In this document: positions 26,272 through 36,442 of the stretch, piece by piece | How positions within the stretch are numbered: the stretch's first letter is position 1 | Layout of the letters: each line of letters opens with the position of its first letter | NCBI GenBank assembly: GCA_965249725.1 | Contig: CBDFMQ010000002.1 | Coordinates: 1,920,001-1,984,000 of the forward strand | Length of the DNA: 64,000 nucleotides | From: Longimicrobiales bacterium | GTDB lineage: Bacteria > Gemmatimonadota > Gemmatimonadetes > Longimicrobiales > Gaopeijiaceae | Direction of reading: 5' to 3' | Notes under the pieces: model-generated | Seen by the model: only the letters and a program-made list of their open reading frames with translations | Database searches by the model: none | Told to the model about the DNA's origin: nothing | Position numbers and translations under genes: made by a program

Positions 26272-27773
26272 TGTCCATCCGACACCTGCTCAACATCATC
26301 GGGCTGCTACTCGTCTTCATATCCATCGCCATGGCGGCCACCGGCGTCGGAGCCTCGTTCTTCGAAGACGGGGCTGCTTCCGCGCTATTCGCCTCTGCGG
26401 GTATTACGCTCTTGGTGGGGCTCGTTACGTACGTCATGACGAGGTTCGAGCGGGAGCCGCTCACCGCCCGCGAGGGCTACGCCATCGTCACGTTTGCGTG
26501 GACCGCCCTCGCTGTTTTCGGTGCCCTTCCGTTCCTGCTTTCCGGCACCCTGGATGGGGTGGCCCCCGCGATCTTCGAAGCGATGTCCGGGTTCACGACC
26601 ACGGGGGCTACGGTGTTTTCAGACATCGAAGCGCTCCCCGAGGGGATCCTCCTGTGGCGGTCGGTGACGCACTGGATCGGCGGCATGGGGATCATCGTGC
26701 TGGCCATTGCGATCCTCCCTTACATCGGCGTAGGTGGCATGCAGCTCTTTCGTGCCGAGGTCCCCGGACCCACGCCCGAACGTCTCAGGCCGCGCATCGC
26801 GCAGACCGCCAAGCTGTTGTGGGGGGTCTACGTGGGACTTACGGGTGTACAGATCGTGCTTTATCTGTTCGGGGGGATGTCCCTGTTCGATGCCGTGAAC
26901 CACGCGTTCGCGACCCTCGCCACCGGCGGATTCTCGACGAAGAACGCATCGATCGCCGGATTCGATTCGGCGTATATCCACTACGTGACGATCGTCTTCA
27001 TGTACATCGCCGGCGTGAACTTCGCGCTGCACTTCAGAGCCGCGACGGGACACATAGAGTACTTCAAGGATGAGGAGTGGCAGTTCTTCACGATGGTGAT
27101 CGTCGGGGCTGGCCTGTTTCTGATGGTCAGCAACCTGATGGCCGGCGGCTACGGGCTCACCGCGTCCGGCATGGAGCACGCGTTTCGGGACGGCATGTTC
27201 CAAGCGGTGGCGATCACCACCACGACCGGATTCGTGTCCGCCGACTTCGAGATGTGGACGCCGGCCGCTCAGGGGCTGCTCGTCACGCTGATGTTCGTCG
27301 GCGGCATGGCCGGGTCGACGGGCGGCGGCATCAAGGCGGGGCGGGTGTTGGTCCTGCTTCGGCACACCGCAAGCGAGATCCGAAAGCACCTGCATCCGCG
27401 AGCGATCCTGATGGTGCGGGTCGGGAAGCGGGTGGTGCGCGAGGACGTCCTGCTGAACATCCTTGGTTTCGTGAGCCTCTACATCTTGCTCGTGCTCTTC
27501 GGGGGCATGCTGCTCACTTTCTTCGGGATGGACATTCTGACGGCGGTCGGTGCCAGCGCCGCGTCCGTCGGCAACATCGGCCCCGGGCTCGGAGGTGTTG
27601 GTGCGACCGACAACTACGGGTGGATCACCGATCCCGGTCTCGTTGTGATCACGTTTCTGATGCTGGTGGGGCGACTGGAGATCTACACGGTGCTGCTGCT
27701 CTTCCACCCCGACACGTGGAAGCGACAGCACGCCCAGACGAGTGAGACGCACATCGTGCGTCCCCGGAAGTAG
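26271..27773 (+). CDS. trkH: TrkH potassium uptake membrane protein
   Basis: SGFTTTGATV, GGMGII, TGGFS, GSTGGGIK and GNIGPG pore motifs. Confidence 0.95.
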   Translation: MSIRHLLNIIGLLLVFISIAMAATGVGASFFEDGAASALFASAGITLLVGLVTYVMTRFEREPLTAREGYAIVTFAWTALAVFGALPFLLSGTLDGVAPAIFEAMSGFTTTGATVFSDIEALPEGILLWRSVTHWIGGMGIIVLAIAILPYIGVGGMQLFRAEVPGPTPERLRPRIAQTAKLLWGVYVGLTGVQIVLYLFGGMSLFDAVNHAFATLATGGFSTKNASIAGFDSAYIHYVTIVFMYIAGVNFALHFRAATGHIEYFKDEEWQFFTMVIVGAGLFLMVSNLMAGGYGLTASGMEHAFRDGMFQAVAITTTTGFVSADFEMWTPAAQGLLVTLMFVGGMAGSTGGGIKAGRVLVLLRHTASEIRKHLHPRAILMVRVGKRVVREDVLLNILGFVSLYILLVLFGGMLLTFFGMDILTAVGASAASVGNIGPGLGGVGATDNYGWITDPGLVVITFLMLVGRLEIYTVLLLFHPDTWKRQHAQTSETHIVRPRK

Positions 27774-27786
27774 CAGAGAGTAGGAT

Positions 27787-29763
27787 ATGTCCCGGTTGCT
27801 GTTCGCTGCACTGCTTCTCGTCGGATCGATCCCTCGGCCTGGAGCGGCGCAGGCGCCCGCCTCGGCCCCAGCGCGGATCACCGAAGAGGTGACCACGCTC
27901 CCCACGTACCCCTTCTCGGAGCCGAACCCCGTTCCGATTCTGAGTCGGGATCCCCGCCTCTACCCGTATCACTCGTTCGATGGCTACTCCGCCACGGCCG
28001 AGCCTCGGGAGTGGAAGGTCGTGCGGTTGGAGAACGACTTCATCGAGGTGTTCGTGCTGCCGGAAGCCGGGGGCAAGGTCTGGGGCGCGGTGGTCAAGGA
28101 GACCGGCCACGAGTTCATCTATCGCAACGAAGTGATGAAGTTCAGGAACATCGCGCTCCGCGGTCCGTGGACCTCGGGCGGGATCGAATTCAACTTCGGC
28201 GTCATCGGGCACACTCCGGCCACGGCGACTCCGGTCGATTACGTGATCCGGGAGAATCCGGACGGGAGCGTCAGCTGTTGGGTCGGCGGGATGGACCCGC
28301 CCTCGCGGACGCACTGGCGGGTCGAGATCAGGTTGCCCGCGGATCGCGCGTACTTCGAGACCAACGTGCTCTGGTACAACCCGACCCCACTGGAGCAGCC
28401 CTACTACAACTGGATGACGGCGGCGGCGTTCGCTCAGGACGACCTGGAGATGTCGATCCCGGGAGACGCCTTCCTGACCCATCCGGGCGGCGAGCGATCG
28501 TGGCCGTTGGATGACCAGGGCCGTTCTCTGCCCCTGTACGACAACAACCGCTTCGGCGGCAGCAAGTCGTACCACGTCGTGGGGGAGTTGAACGACTTCT
28601 TCGGCGGCTACTTCCACGAAGAGGACTACGGATTCGGACACTGGGCCCGATACGAGGACATGCCGGGTCAGAAGCTCTGGCTGTGGGCCCTCTCCCGCCA
28701 AGGCGGCATCTGGGAGGATCTGCTCACCGACACCGACGGGCAGTACATCGAGTTCCAGGCCGGCCGGCTCTTCGTGCAGTATCAGCCGGGGGACGAGAGG
28801 AATCCCATTACCCAGGCGGCGTTCGATCCGATGTCCGCCAGCCGATGGACGGAGACGTGGTTTCCGTTGGAGGAGACGGGTGGGCTCACCGACGCGTCTC
28901 GCGACGGGGCCATGTACGTCTCACACGAGGGTGATCGGCTCGCCATCACCGTCAATGCGTTCGGTGCCGTCGAAGACACGCTCAAGGTCTGGTCTGAGGA
29001 TCGACTCGTGACCTCGATTCCGGTGGATCTCGAGGTGCTGGACCCATTCCGGGCCGCGGTGGAAGTGCCGGCCGGCGGTTCCTACCGTGTCCAACTCCGT
29101 GCTCTCGGACTCGACTACGATTCGGATCCGTCCGGTCGCCTTCTCGGGCGGCCGTTCAGCACGGATCCAGGGGCCGTGTCGGACACTCCCGAGGCCGATC
29201 GCGTGGTCTTTCAGGCCAAGGAACTCCTCAAGGGGCGGCGACACGGAGCGGCCCGTGAGTTGTTCAACGCTGCGCTGAGCCTGGAGCCATGGAACCGCGA
29301 CGCTCATCTGGGGCTTGCGGAGCTCCTCTACAGGGCTGGGCTGAACGGTCCGGGATTGGACCACGTGAACCGGGTGCTGCAGCTGGACGCTTACGACGCG
29401 AAGGCCAACTTCCTGGCCGGTACGCTTTATCGGGCCCTGGAACGCACGGCCGACGCACGCGACGCCTTCGGATGGGCGGCACGCTCCACCGGGTATCGCT
29501 CGGCCGCGTACGCGCAGTTGGCGGAGATCATGATCGGCCAAAGTGAGTACGCCGAGGCTGCCCGGTACGCTCGGTTGGCCGTGGATTACGATCGGCACAG
29601 CGTTCCGGGGTGGCGAGTGCTGGCCATCGTCGGACGTCTGACGGGGGGCCGTGTGCTCGCGCGGGAGGCAGTGGACGAGCTGCTGACGGTTGATCAGCTC
29701 GGAGAGGAGTCGCGAAGCTTCGGCGGGCGAGAGCATCTCGATCGGCGTGTGCTCCCCTACTAG
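27787..29763 (+). CDS. DUF5107 domain/TPR protein, C-terminally truncated near 29695
   Basis: LENDFIEVFVLPEAGGK and GPWTSGGIEFNF motifs, TPRs; final ~22 codons are antisense to virB4. Confidence 0.8.
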   Translation: MSRLLFAALLLVGSIPRPGAAQAPASAPARITEEVTTLPTYPFSEPNPVPILSRDPRLYPYHSFDGYSATAEPREWKVVRLENDFIEVFVLPEAGGKVWGAVVKETGHEFIYRNEVMKFRNIALRGPWTSGGIEFNFGVIGHTPATATPVDYVIRENPDGSVSCWVGGMDPPSRTHWRVEIRLPADRAYFETNVLWYNPTPLEQPYYNWMTAAAFAQDDLEMSIPGDAFLTHPGGERSWPLDDQGRSLPLYDNNRFGGSKSYHVVGELNDFFGGYFHEEDYGFGHWARYEDMPGQKLWLWALSRQGGIWEDLLTDTDGQYIEFQAGRLFVQYQPGDERNPITQAAFDPMSASRWTETWFPLEETGGLTDASRDGAMYVSHEGDRLAITVNAFGAVEDTLKVWSEDRLVTSIPVDLEVLDPFRAAVEVPAGGSYRVQLRALGLDYDSDPSGRLLGRPFSTDPGAVSDTPEADRVVFQAKELLKGRRHGAARELFNAALSLEPWNRDAHLGLAELLYRAGLNGPGLDHVNRVLQLDAYDAKANFLAGTLYRALERTADARDAFGWAARSTGYRSAAYAQLAEIMIGQSEYAEAARYARLAVDYDRHSVPGWRVLAIVGRLTGGRVLAREAVDELLTVDQLGEESRSFGGREHLDRRVLPY

Positions 29764-30303
29764 CGCCCGGCCCGCGTCCACCGTCGCGCGAAAGCGGGCG
29801 GCGGCGGCCTCGATCTCGGAAGAGAGGTAGGTCGGTGCGCCCCCTCGGCGGCGCTTCCACCACTGCGTCAGACGGGACGCCCTTCCCGATGGCGATCCGT
29901 CCGCGACCGTCCGTAGACGGGGATCGTGCGACCAGACCAGGTAGGCCTCGAGCTGCTGCACTCGCCCGGCCAGAAACGCACTCCGCTTCCGCTGCGACAC
30001 CGCTACGATGCCGGAGCCCTCGTCGTCCGCGGCCTCGGGCGAGACCGGCCGACGGAGCATATAGAAGTAGAGGCGCGTGTCAGAGTCCAACCCCGAGAGC
30101 AACCGCTGCCAGCGGCCGAGCACGCGGTCGATCTGTTCGGGCGAACGCCCGTCGACCACGGCGGGCGCCAGCCGGCCGGCCGCGATCAGCTCGCCGGACC
30201 GGGTCAGGCAGGTGCGGCCGTCCTCGAGCCAGCCCCAGTAGGGCAGCTCCTCGGCCAACGAGCCGGCCGCCTCGTGGTCCCTGAGCTCCGCGGCGATCCT
30301 CAC
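29687..30303 (-). pseudogene. virB4: N-terminal fragment of VirB4/TrbE conjugative ATPase
   Basis: 'AGSLAEELPYWGWL..CLTRSGEL' after virB2-virB3, GTGA overlap; breaks off before any Walker motif. Confidence 0.75.
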
Positions 30304-30602
30304 CGCCCGCTCCGGATCACGAGATGCCACGGCTCATCGGCCCACTTGCCCGGGTCGAAACGCGACGGGTAGCGCGTCCCGGCGCGGAGCACGCCAAGCA
30401 TGTCCGGGTCTTTGCGGCCGGCCAGCCATCCGGCCCCAAAGCCGACCGCGAACACCACGCCGCCCGTCACGAGCGAAGCCGTCGCGTTCCACATCGCGAG
30501 CCCGAGCGTGGCGACGAGGAGAAACCCCCTACGCTCCACGCCCAGGATCGTCAGCGGACGGTTCAGCGCCGCATAGCCGGCCCAACGCCTGAGACCCCTC
30601 AT
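30300..30602 (-). CDS. virB3: VirB3/TrbD type IV secretion protein
   Basis: 'ALNRPLTILGVER', two TM segments, KDP motif. Confidence 0.85.
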   Translation of the reverse strand: MRGLRRWAGYAALNRPLTILGVERRGFLLVATLGLAMWNATASLVTGGVVFAVGFGAGWLAGRKDPDMLGVLRAGTRYPSRFDPGKWADEPWHLVIRSGR

Positions 30603-30910
30603 CAGAACAGCCACGCCACGAAGTTCGCCGCGCCCATCGCCATCCCGAGACCGAAGATGATCCCGGCCAGCGTCCGCTTGCTCCCACCCTCGCCGAACGC
30701 GAACATCAGCCCGCCCACCACGATCGCAATCAGCGACAGCCCCCGAGCGATCGGGCCCGTGAACTGCGCCTGAAGCTCGTTGACCGCCTCTACCCACGGG
30801 CTCGTCCCCTGAGCCCACAGCACCCCGGGGAACAGCAACCACAGCGTGGCCCAGGCCGCCGCTCGTACCGTCCTTAACAAAGGTTGCATCGTCTGCTCCT
30901 TGGTCTCCAT
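30602..30910 (-). CDS. virB2: TrbC/VirB2 pilin
   Basis: 'SPW..FTGPIARGLSLIAIVVGGLMFAFGEGG'. Confidence 0.9.
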   Translation of the reverse strand: METKEQTMQPLLRTVRAAAWATLWLLFPGVLWAQGTSPWVEAVNELQAQFTGPIARGLSLIAIVVGGLMFAFGEGGSKRTLAGIIFGLGMAMGAANFVAWLF

Positions 30911-30922
30911 TGAATGCGTCGC

Positions 30923-31414
30923 TCACTCGGCTTCGCCGCGGCTCGCCACGATCCGCTGGCGGATCCACTCGTCCACCTCCGCCTCGATCCAGCCGACAGC
31001 GCGCGCGCCTAGCTGGACGGGTCTGGGGAAGGACCCCTCGGCCAGCCGCACGTAGATCGTGCTCCGCCCGAGCCCCGTGCGGGCTTGCACGGCCGGGAGC
31101 CGCACGATGCGGATCGGCACCTCCATTTCCTGCACCATGGTTCTCGTCATCGGTCTGCCTCTCCGTTCTCTCTGGGAAGAATCCCGGAGCTGGGTGCTCC
31201 GGGAGGAAACAGGGTCCACACCGGCCTCGTCGAAGCCTTCCATGAACGCCAGGAGCTGATCGGCCGTCGCGAGCGTCGGGGAGCGGCCATGGCGTAGCTC
31301 ACGCACCAGGTTCGGATCGCCCACCGCCTGCCGACCCAGCGTCGCCGGCGCCACTCCCGTGCGATCGAGGAACGCATCCACTCGCGCCATGAAAAGCCCC
31401 TTCAGCGTCTCCAT
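30923..31414 (-). CDS. alpA: Cro-like HTH in frame with an AlpA family regulator (internal start possible at 31150)
   Basis: N-terminal 'FLDRTGVAPATLGRQAVGDPNLV..GRSP'; C-terminal 'RLPAVQARTGLGRSTIY..FPRPVQLGARAVGW'. Confidence 0.85.
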   Translation of the reverse strand: METLKGLFMARVDAFLDRTGVAPATLGRQAVGDPNLVRELRHGRSPTLATADQLLAFMEGFDEAGVDPVSSRSTQLRDSSQRERRGRPMTRTMVQEMEVPIRIVRLPAVQARTGLGRSTIYVRLAEGSFPRPVQLGARAVGWIEAEVDEWIRQRIVASRGEAE

Positions 31415-31461
31415 GCGAGGGACGGTGAAGGCACTTGCGCAACAATGTCAATCCGTAGGAA

Positions 31462-31865
31462 ATGACCGACGTTCTTAGTGGATCTATTGGAATTGAAGTA
31501 GAACAGCGGCCTCTCCGACCGCTCTGCCAGCGGGGCTCCGAGCAGGTGCCGGAGAGCCGCGCGAAGGTGTGGAGGGTCCGGGTCGCGATCGCTCAAGACG
31601 CGGCCTATCTGCAGCAGCGCAGCCGCTGCGGCAAACCCCGGATCCCGCCGCGGAAGGTGTTTCTACGCGAACCGAAGGCCCCCAGCGGGCCGCGCCGCGC
31701 AGACTACAGCGCGATTCGCGATATTGATGCCCGCGAGGTGGCGGGCCGCGGGAGGTGGTACGAAGGCTGACGCAAGCCGAGAAGGTGGCTCTTGACCGGT
31801 TCGCTAATTCGTCATGAATTCCGGGCCAAGCCTGAGGATCTGCCGGTGATCACCGTGGATGGAAT
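31462..31865 (+). pseudogene. Decayed CI-like repressor / S24 peptidase
   Basis: Fragments 'AAYLQQ..GKPR' and 'LIRHEFRAKPEDL.VITVDG', divergent from the Cro-like gene. Confidence 0.5.
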
Positions 31866-32020
31866 GCCTGAGCGGCCTATGTGGAATATATTCACGCATC
31901 TGGCCAGATTGGTTGCCTACCCGGTCATCCGCCGCCAGTTGGGCATCAACGGCTGGGAAGGAGACTCCGGTTAAGAAGCACTCGACCGCCGAGGGCACAA
32001 ACGAGAGTAGGAGGAAACGC

Positions 32021-34819
32021 ATGAGTACCGAGCTCGCCGGAGCGCGTTGGTGGCGCTTCGATTTTCACACGCACACGCCCGCCTCCGAGGACTACGGCAA
32101 AGGTGTTGGTCAGCAGGATCTTCGGAAGCACACTCCCCGGGAGTGGCTATTGGACTTCATGCGTGCGGAGATAGACTGCATCGCGGTCACGGACCACAAT
32201 ACTGGCATGTGGATCGACCAATTGAAGGAGGCCCATGAGGAACTTGAAAAGGAGCGCCCCGAGGATTTTCGGCCATTGCATCTCTTTCCCGGAGTAGAGA
32301 TCTCCGTGCATGGCGGAGTCCATCTTCTGGCAATCTTCGGGTCGGAGAAAAGCACCTCGGATATCGATTCGCTGCTCGGCGCAGTGGGTATCGAGGGCAC
32401 AGCCAAGGGGTCGCAGGAGACATGTACGGAGCAGTCCGTGGTAGGAGTTGCTGACAGGATTGTAAGCGCCGGCGGCCTGGCGATTCCTGCTCACGCGGAT
32501 CGCGAGAACGGTTTGTTCACGTGTTTTTCGGGCACAACGCTGGATCAGACACTGGAGTGCGACGCCTTTCTAGCGATGGAGCTGCGCGATTCGGACGCCG
32601 AAAAACCTGCGAACTACGCGGCAAAGAAGCTGACTTGGAGCGAGGTGGTCGGCTCGGACTGCCATCACCCCAGCGGGAATGAGGGCCAACGCTACCCTGG
32701 AAGCCACTTTACTTGGGTGAAGATGGGCCGCCCCTCAATTGAGGGCCTTCGCCTCGCGCTTCTGGACGGTGCGCCGCTCTCGATCAACCGGAGCGATGCG
32801 GACGGTGGGGACCCGAACTGCCACGGGCGGCTTGTGATCGAAGACGTAGCGATCAAGGATGCACGGTACGCTGGCCGCGGGCCTAGCCCGCTGCTTGGCC
32901 GCTTCAGCCCGTGGATGACGACTCTGATCGGCGGACGCGGGACCGGAAAATCCACAGTGCTCGAGATGGTCCGGCTCGCCATGCAGCGTGAGAACGAGCT
33001 CTCCGGCGAACTACGAGAGGAGTTTGAACGCTTCGCGAGCATCCCCACATCACGCAGGGAGCGGGGCGCCTTGACGGAGAAGACGGGAGTCGCAGTGACC
33101 TTTCGGAAGGATGGAATACGCTTCCGTGTCTACTGGCGGCGGAGAGGAGCCGAGTCCTTCATTGAAGAGCAGGACACGCAGGGTAATTGGGTTGCGAGCC
33201 CTGGCGACGTGCGAGGACGTTTCCCAGTGCGGATTTTCAGTCAGAAGCAGGTCTTCGCTTTGTCGAACGATCCCGGCGCTCTGCTTCGGCTCATCGATGA
33301 GGTGTCGTCCATCAATCGCACTGAATGGGAGGCCAGGTGGCAGGAGCTAGAGACCCGGTTTCTGCGGCTCCGCAGCCGGGTTCGCGAGCTCGGCGCACAG
33401 GTGGACGATCGAACCCGAATCGAGGGTGATCTTGCGGACGTGCGGCGCCAGCTCACGGTCTTCGAGGAAGGCGGCCATCGCGAGCTGTTGTTGGGCTTCC
33501 AGCGCCTCGGCCGTCAACGCCAGGTGCTGAACAACCGCAGCGTGGAACTCGAGGAAGCTGTCAAGATGATCCGCGGAGTCGCGGATCAGATCGAGCCCTC
33601 GGATGTCCGAGTGGAGGATTTCGACGCTGATGCGCCCGCGGAAGCTGCAGCACTGAGGCTGCTCGAGGAGGCCGCAGCCAAGCAGCGCGAGTTGGCCTCG
33701 GGCCTGGGTACTCGGGCAAGCGAGCTAGAGGTGTTCCACGCCGACCTGCAGGAGCGTTTGGTCCGCTCCGCTTGGACAACGGAGGAAGAGGAGGTCGGCG
33801 CTCGTTACCGTACACTTGTCGAGCGCCTCGAGCAGGAAGGGGTTGAGGATCCGAGCGCGTACGGCGCGCTCGTTCAGCGTCGCCAGACGCAGGAACACAG
33901 GCTAGCTGAGCTGACCACGCTCGAGGAGAAGATGCAGCGGGTCCAAGAGCAGGCGCGTAAGACCCTGGCGGAGCTAGAGGAGTGGCGAGTTGAGCTATCG
34001 AATCGGAGGATCGAGTTTCTCGACCGTGTCCTCCAAGGCAACGAGTTCGTGCGCATTGTATTGGTTCCCTTTGGAACGGCGGCGAAACTCGCGGAGCCCG
34101 AGTTTCGCCGCCGCTTCGATCGCGAGGATGGCCGACTCGAAAATGATATCCTCACCGATACCGGAGACACGGGCCTGCTTGCCGAGCTCTACACTCACTT
34201 GCCTGACGCGCGTGGCGGCCGGAGTGCCGAGATGCGGAGGCGCATCCTTGAGACCAAACAGGAGATCGCAAAGGCCGCAAGTGGGGAACCCTCGACCAAG
34301 CGCAGCCAGTGGTTCCAAAACCACGTGCAGAAGCTCCGTCCCGAACAGATAGATCGGCTGGAACTCTGGTGGCCGAGCGATGGCCTGTCCGTCGAGTACC
34401 GCCGGGTAGGCAGTGGGAGCTTCCTACCAATCGAGCAAGGTTCTCCCGGGCAGAAGTCGGCTGCCGTCCTCGCCTTCCTGCTCTCGCACGGTGAAGAGCC
34501 CATCCTGCTCGACCAGCCCGAAGATGACCTGGACAACCACCTAATCTACGACTTGATCGTCCGGCAGATCCGAGATAACAAGCGTCAGCGTCAAGTAATC
34601 GTTGCCACCCACAATCCGAATATCGTCGTAAACGGCGATGCCGAGATGGTCCTCTCCATGAATCACCGGGGCGGCCAGTGCGTCATCGTTGAAGAAGGGA
34701 CTGGTTGTCTACAGGAACACGGAGTGCGGGAGGAGATCTGCCAAGTGATGGAGGGTGGCCGCAAGGCATTCGAAGCGCGCTACAAGCGACTGCTTGAGGA
34801 GATGGACCGTGTTGGATAG
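32021..34819 (+). CDS. PHP phosphoesterase fused to an SMC-like ABC ATPase (TrlF/Ppl-like), candidate anti-phage protein
   Basis: DFHTHT, TDHN, GVEI and SDCH metal motifs; Walker A GGRGTGKS; coiled coil; GSPGQK signature; LLDQPEDDLD; ATHN; RBS AGGAGG. Confidence 0.88.
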   Translation: MSTELAGARWWRFDFHTHTPASEDYGKGVGQQDLRKHTPREWLLDFMRAEIDCIAVTDHNTGMWIDQLKEAHEELEKERPEDFRPLHLFPGVEISVHGGVHLLAIFGSEKSTSDIDSLLGAVGIEGTAKGSQETCTEQSVVGVADRIVSAGGLAIPAHADRENGLFTCFSGTTLDQTLECDAFLAMELRDSDAEKPANYAAKKLTWSEVVGSDCHHPSGNEGQRYPGSHFTWVKMGRPSIEGLRLALLDGAPLSINRSDADGGDPNCHGRLVIEDVAIKDARYAGRGPSPLLGRFSPWMTTLIGGRGTGKSTVLEMVRLAMQRENELSGELREEFERFASIPTSRRERGALTEKTGVAVTFRKDGIRFRVYWRRRGAESFIEEQDTQGNWVASPGDVRGRFPVRIFSQKQVFALSNDPGALLRLIDEVSSINRTEWEARWQELETRFLRLRSRVRELGAQVDDRTRIEGDLADVRRQLTVFEEGGHRELLLGFQRLGRQRQVLNNRSVELEEAVKMIRGVADQIEPSDVRVEDFDADAPAEAAALRLLEEAAAKQRELASGLGTRASELEVFHADLQERLVRSAWTTEEEEVGARYRTLVERLEQEGVEDPSAYGALVQRRQTQEHRLAELTTLEEKMQRVQEQARKTLAELEEWRVELSNRRIEFLDRVLQGNEFVRIVLVPFGTAAKLAEPEFRRRFDREDGRLENDILTDTGDTGLLAELYTHLPDARGGRSAEMRRRILETKQEIAKAASGEPSTKRSQWFQNHVQKLRPEQIDRLELWWPSDGLSVEYRRVGSGSFLPIEQGSPGQKSAAVLAFLLSHGEEPILLDQPEDDLDNHLIYDLIVRQIRDNKRQRQVIVATHNPNIVVNGDAEMVLSMNHRGGQCVIVEEGTGCLQEHGVREEICQVMEGGRKAFEARYKRLLEEMDRVG

Positions 34820-36089
34820 TGCGGAGCAGCTCCTCGACAAGATCCGACTTGGCGAAGACAGCTTCCTTGAGTGCAAGGAGATGGTCTTTGCGGCCAGGAG
34901 GGTCAAGGGGCCTACCCGCAACGTACTCGCGGACGAGCTAGCCGCGTTTGCCAATGCGCGCGGTGGTGTCCTTCTGCTCGGTGTACATGATGAGACGAAG
35001 GACGTGGTGGGGATTCTCGAGGGCCACCTTGACCTGGCTGAGCAGTACGCGTCCGAGATCGTGCGAGACTCCATCAGTCCGCCGTTATACCCAGTGATCG
35101 AGCGGATGCAGCTGCCAGGAACTGACGGGCAGCTGCGTCCGGTTCTTCGGGTCGAGGTAGCGCGCAGTCTCTTTGTCCACCGGAGTCCTGGGGGCTTTCT
35201 GCACCGGGTCGGGAGTAACAAGCGTGTCATGGACCCCGATTACCTCGCCCGGCTCTTCCAGCAGCGGAGCCAGGCGCGCCTGATCCGCTTCGACGAGCAG
35301 GCGGTCCACGATGCATCGAAGGGCGATCTGGACAGGGCTTTGGTCGATCGCTTCCGTACGCCACAGACCCAAGACGACAGTACGACACTTGCTCGCAAGC
35401 TTGGCATGGCGACGGAAACGGAAGGAGGGGAGCTTCGACCCACTGTAGCCGGTGTGTTACTGGGAACGCTAGAACCTCAGCGTTGGCTTCCTCACGCCAT
35501 CGTTCAGGCAGTCGCCTACCGCGGACCCAGCATCGCGAAGGCTCTGAATTCACTCGAATACCAGATCGATGCCAGAGAAATTGGGGGACCGCTGGATGCC
35601 CAGATTGCAGAGGCATGTCGTTTCGTGCTTCGAAACCAGCGTGTGGGAGCCCAAAAGCAAGAAGGCCGAAGCGACATTCCGCAGTACGATTTGACTGCGG
35701 TCTTCGAGGCAATTGTGAATGCGGTAGCTCACCGCGACTACTCGATGCACGGCGCGCGGATCCGCCTGCGCTTGTTCACTGACCGCCTTGAGCTCTATTC
35801 GCCGGGTGCGCTCGCGAACACGATGACGGTCGAGACACTTCTGTATCGCCAAGCTAGCCGTAACGAATCGATAACTAGCTTGTTGGCTAAGTGCCCAGTT
35901 CCCAGCGCGATCTCTGGTATCGAGACACAACGTGCGACACTGATGGATCGGAGGGGCGAAGGCGTCGCGATTATTCTTGAGCAAAGCGAGCGGCTGTCTG
36001 GCCAGCGGCCCGTATATGAGTTGCCGGACGAATCGGAGCTTCGGTTGACGATCTTTGCGGCGCGTCCAACGGTTGACCATTCCCAATGA
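34809..36089 (+). CDS. AlbA_2 (Schlafen-like) domain plus HATPase_c_4-like protein
   Basis: 'GEDSFLECK', 'LAAFANARGGVLLLGV.D', 'EAIVNAVAHRDY' and 'LELYSPG' motifs. Confidence 0.88.
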   Translation: MLDSAEQLLDKIRLGEDSFLECKEMVFAARRVKGPTRNVLADELAAFANARGGVLLLGVHDETKDVVGILEGHLDLAEQYASEIVRDSISPPLYPVIERMQLPGTDGQLRPVLRVEVARSLFVHRSPGGFLHRVGSNKRVMDPDYLARLFQQRSQARLIRFDEQAVHDASKGDLDRALVDRFRTPQTQDDSTTLARKLGMATETEGGELRPTVAGVLLGTLEPQRWLPHAIVQAVAYRGPSIAKALNSLEYQIDAREIGGPLDAQIAEACRFVLRNQRVGAQKQEGRSDIPQYDLTAVFEAIVNAVAHRDYSMHGARIRLRLFTDRLELYSPGALANTMTVETLLYRQASRNESITSLLAKCPVPSAISGIETQRATLMDRRGEGVAIILEQSERLSGQRPVYELPDESELRLTIFAARPTVDHSQ

Positions 36090-36099
36090 CTCGACCTCC

Positions 36100-36440
36100 T
36101 TGTTTCGATCGGTCTTCGCTCCTGGTTTGGATATCCGAGGTATGGCCGTTCGGCGTTGTAGTGGAGTAACCAGGTCATCGAGGTCGGCCCGGAGCGCCTG
36201 GACTCTCTCAATAGGAACGCCGCCGCCGTGCCCCGCATCATCACCGCCATCGCCTGCCGCTGGTAGTAGCGCAGCCACATCAGCCGCGAGTAGTCCAGCA
36301 CCACGACTAGCACGTGCTGGCGTTCCCACGGTAGCTGGAAGTCCGCGAAGTCAATCTGGCCCCGGCAGCACGGATGCGCCTCGAACCTCTCGACGGGCTC
36401 CTCGGCATCCCGAGGCCGGGAGGACCGCCCGCACGTACCG
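36100..36440 (-). mobile_element. IS debris: IS21 istA-like fragment joined to an IS481/IS3-like integrase tail
   Basis: 'GQIDFADF', 'VVVLDYSRLMWLRYY.RQ.M' and 'HYNAERPYLGY..RRPIET'. Confidence 0.65.
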
Positions 36441-36442
36441 CT

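Noticed and set aside
28921..30330. 469-aa minus-strand ORF as a real full-length protein
   Set aside because: Only the first ~205 aa are VirB4-like; the rest is antisense to the DUF5107 gene.
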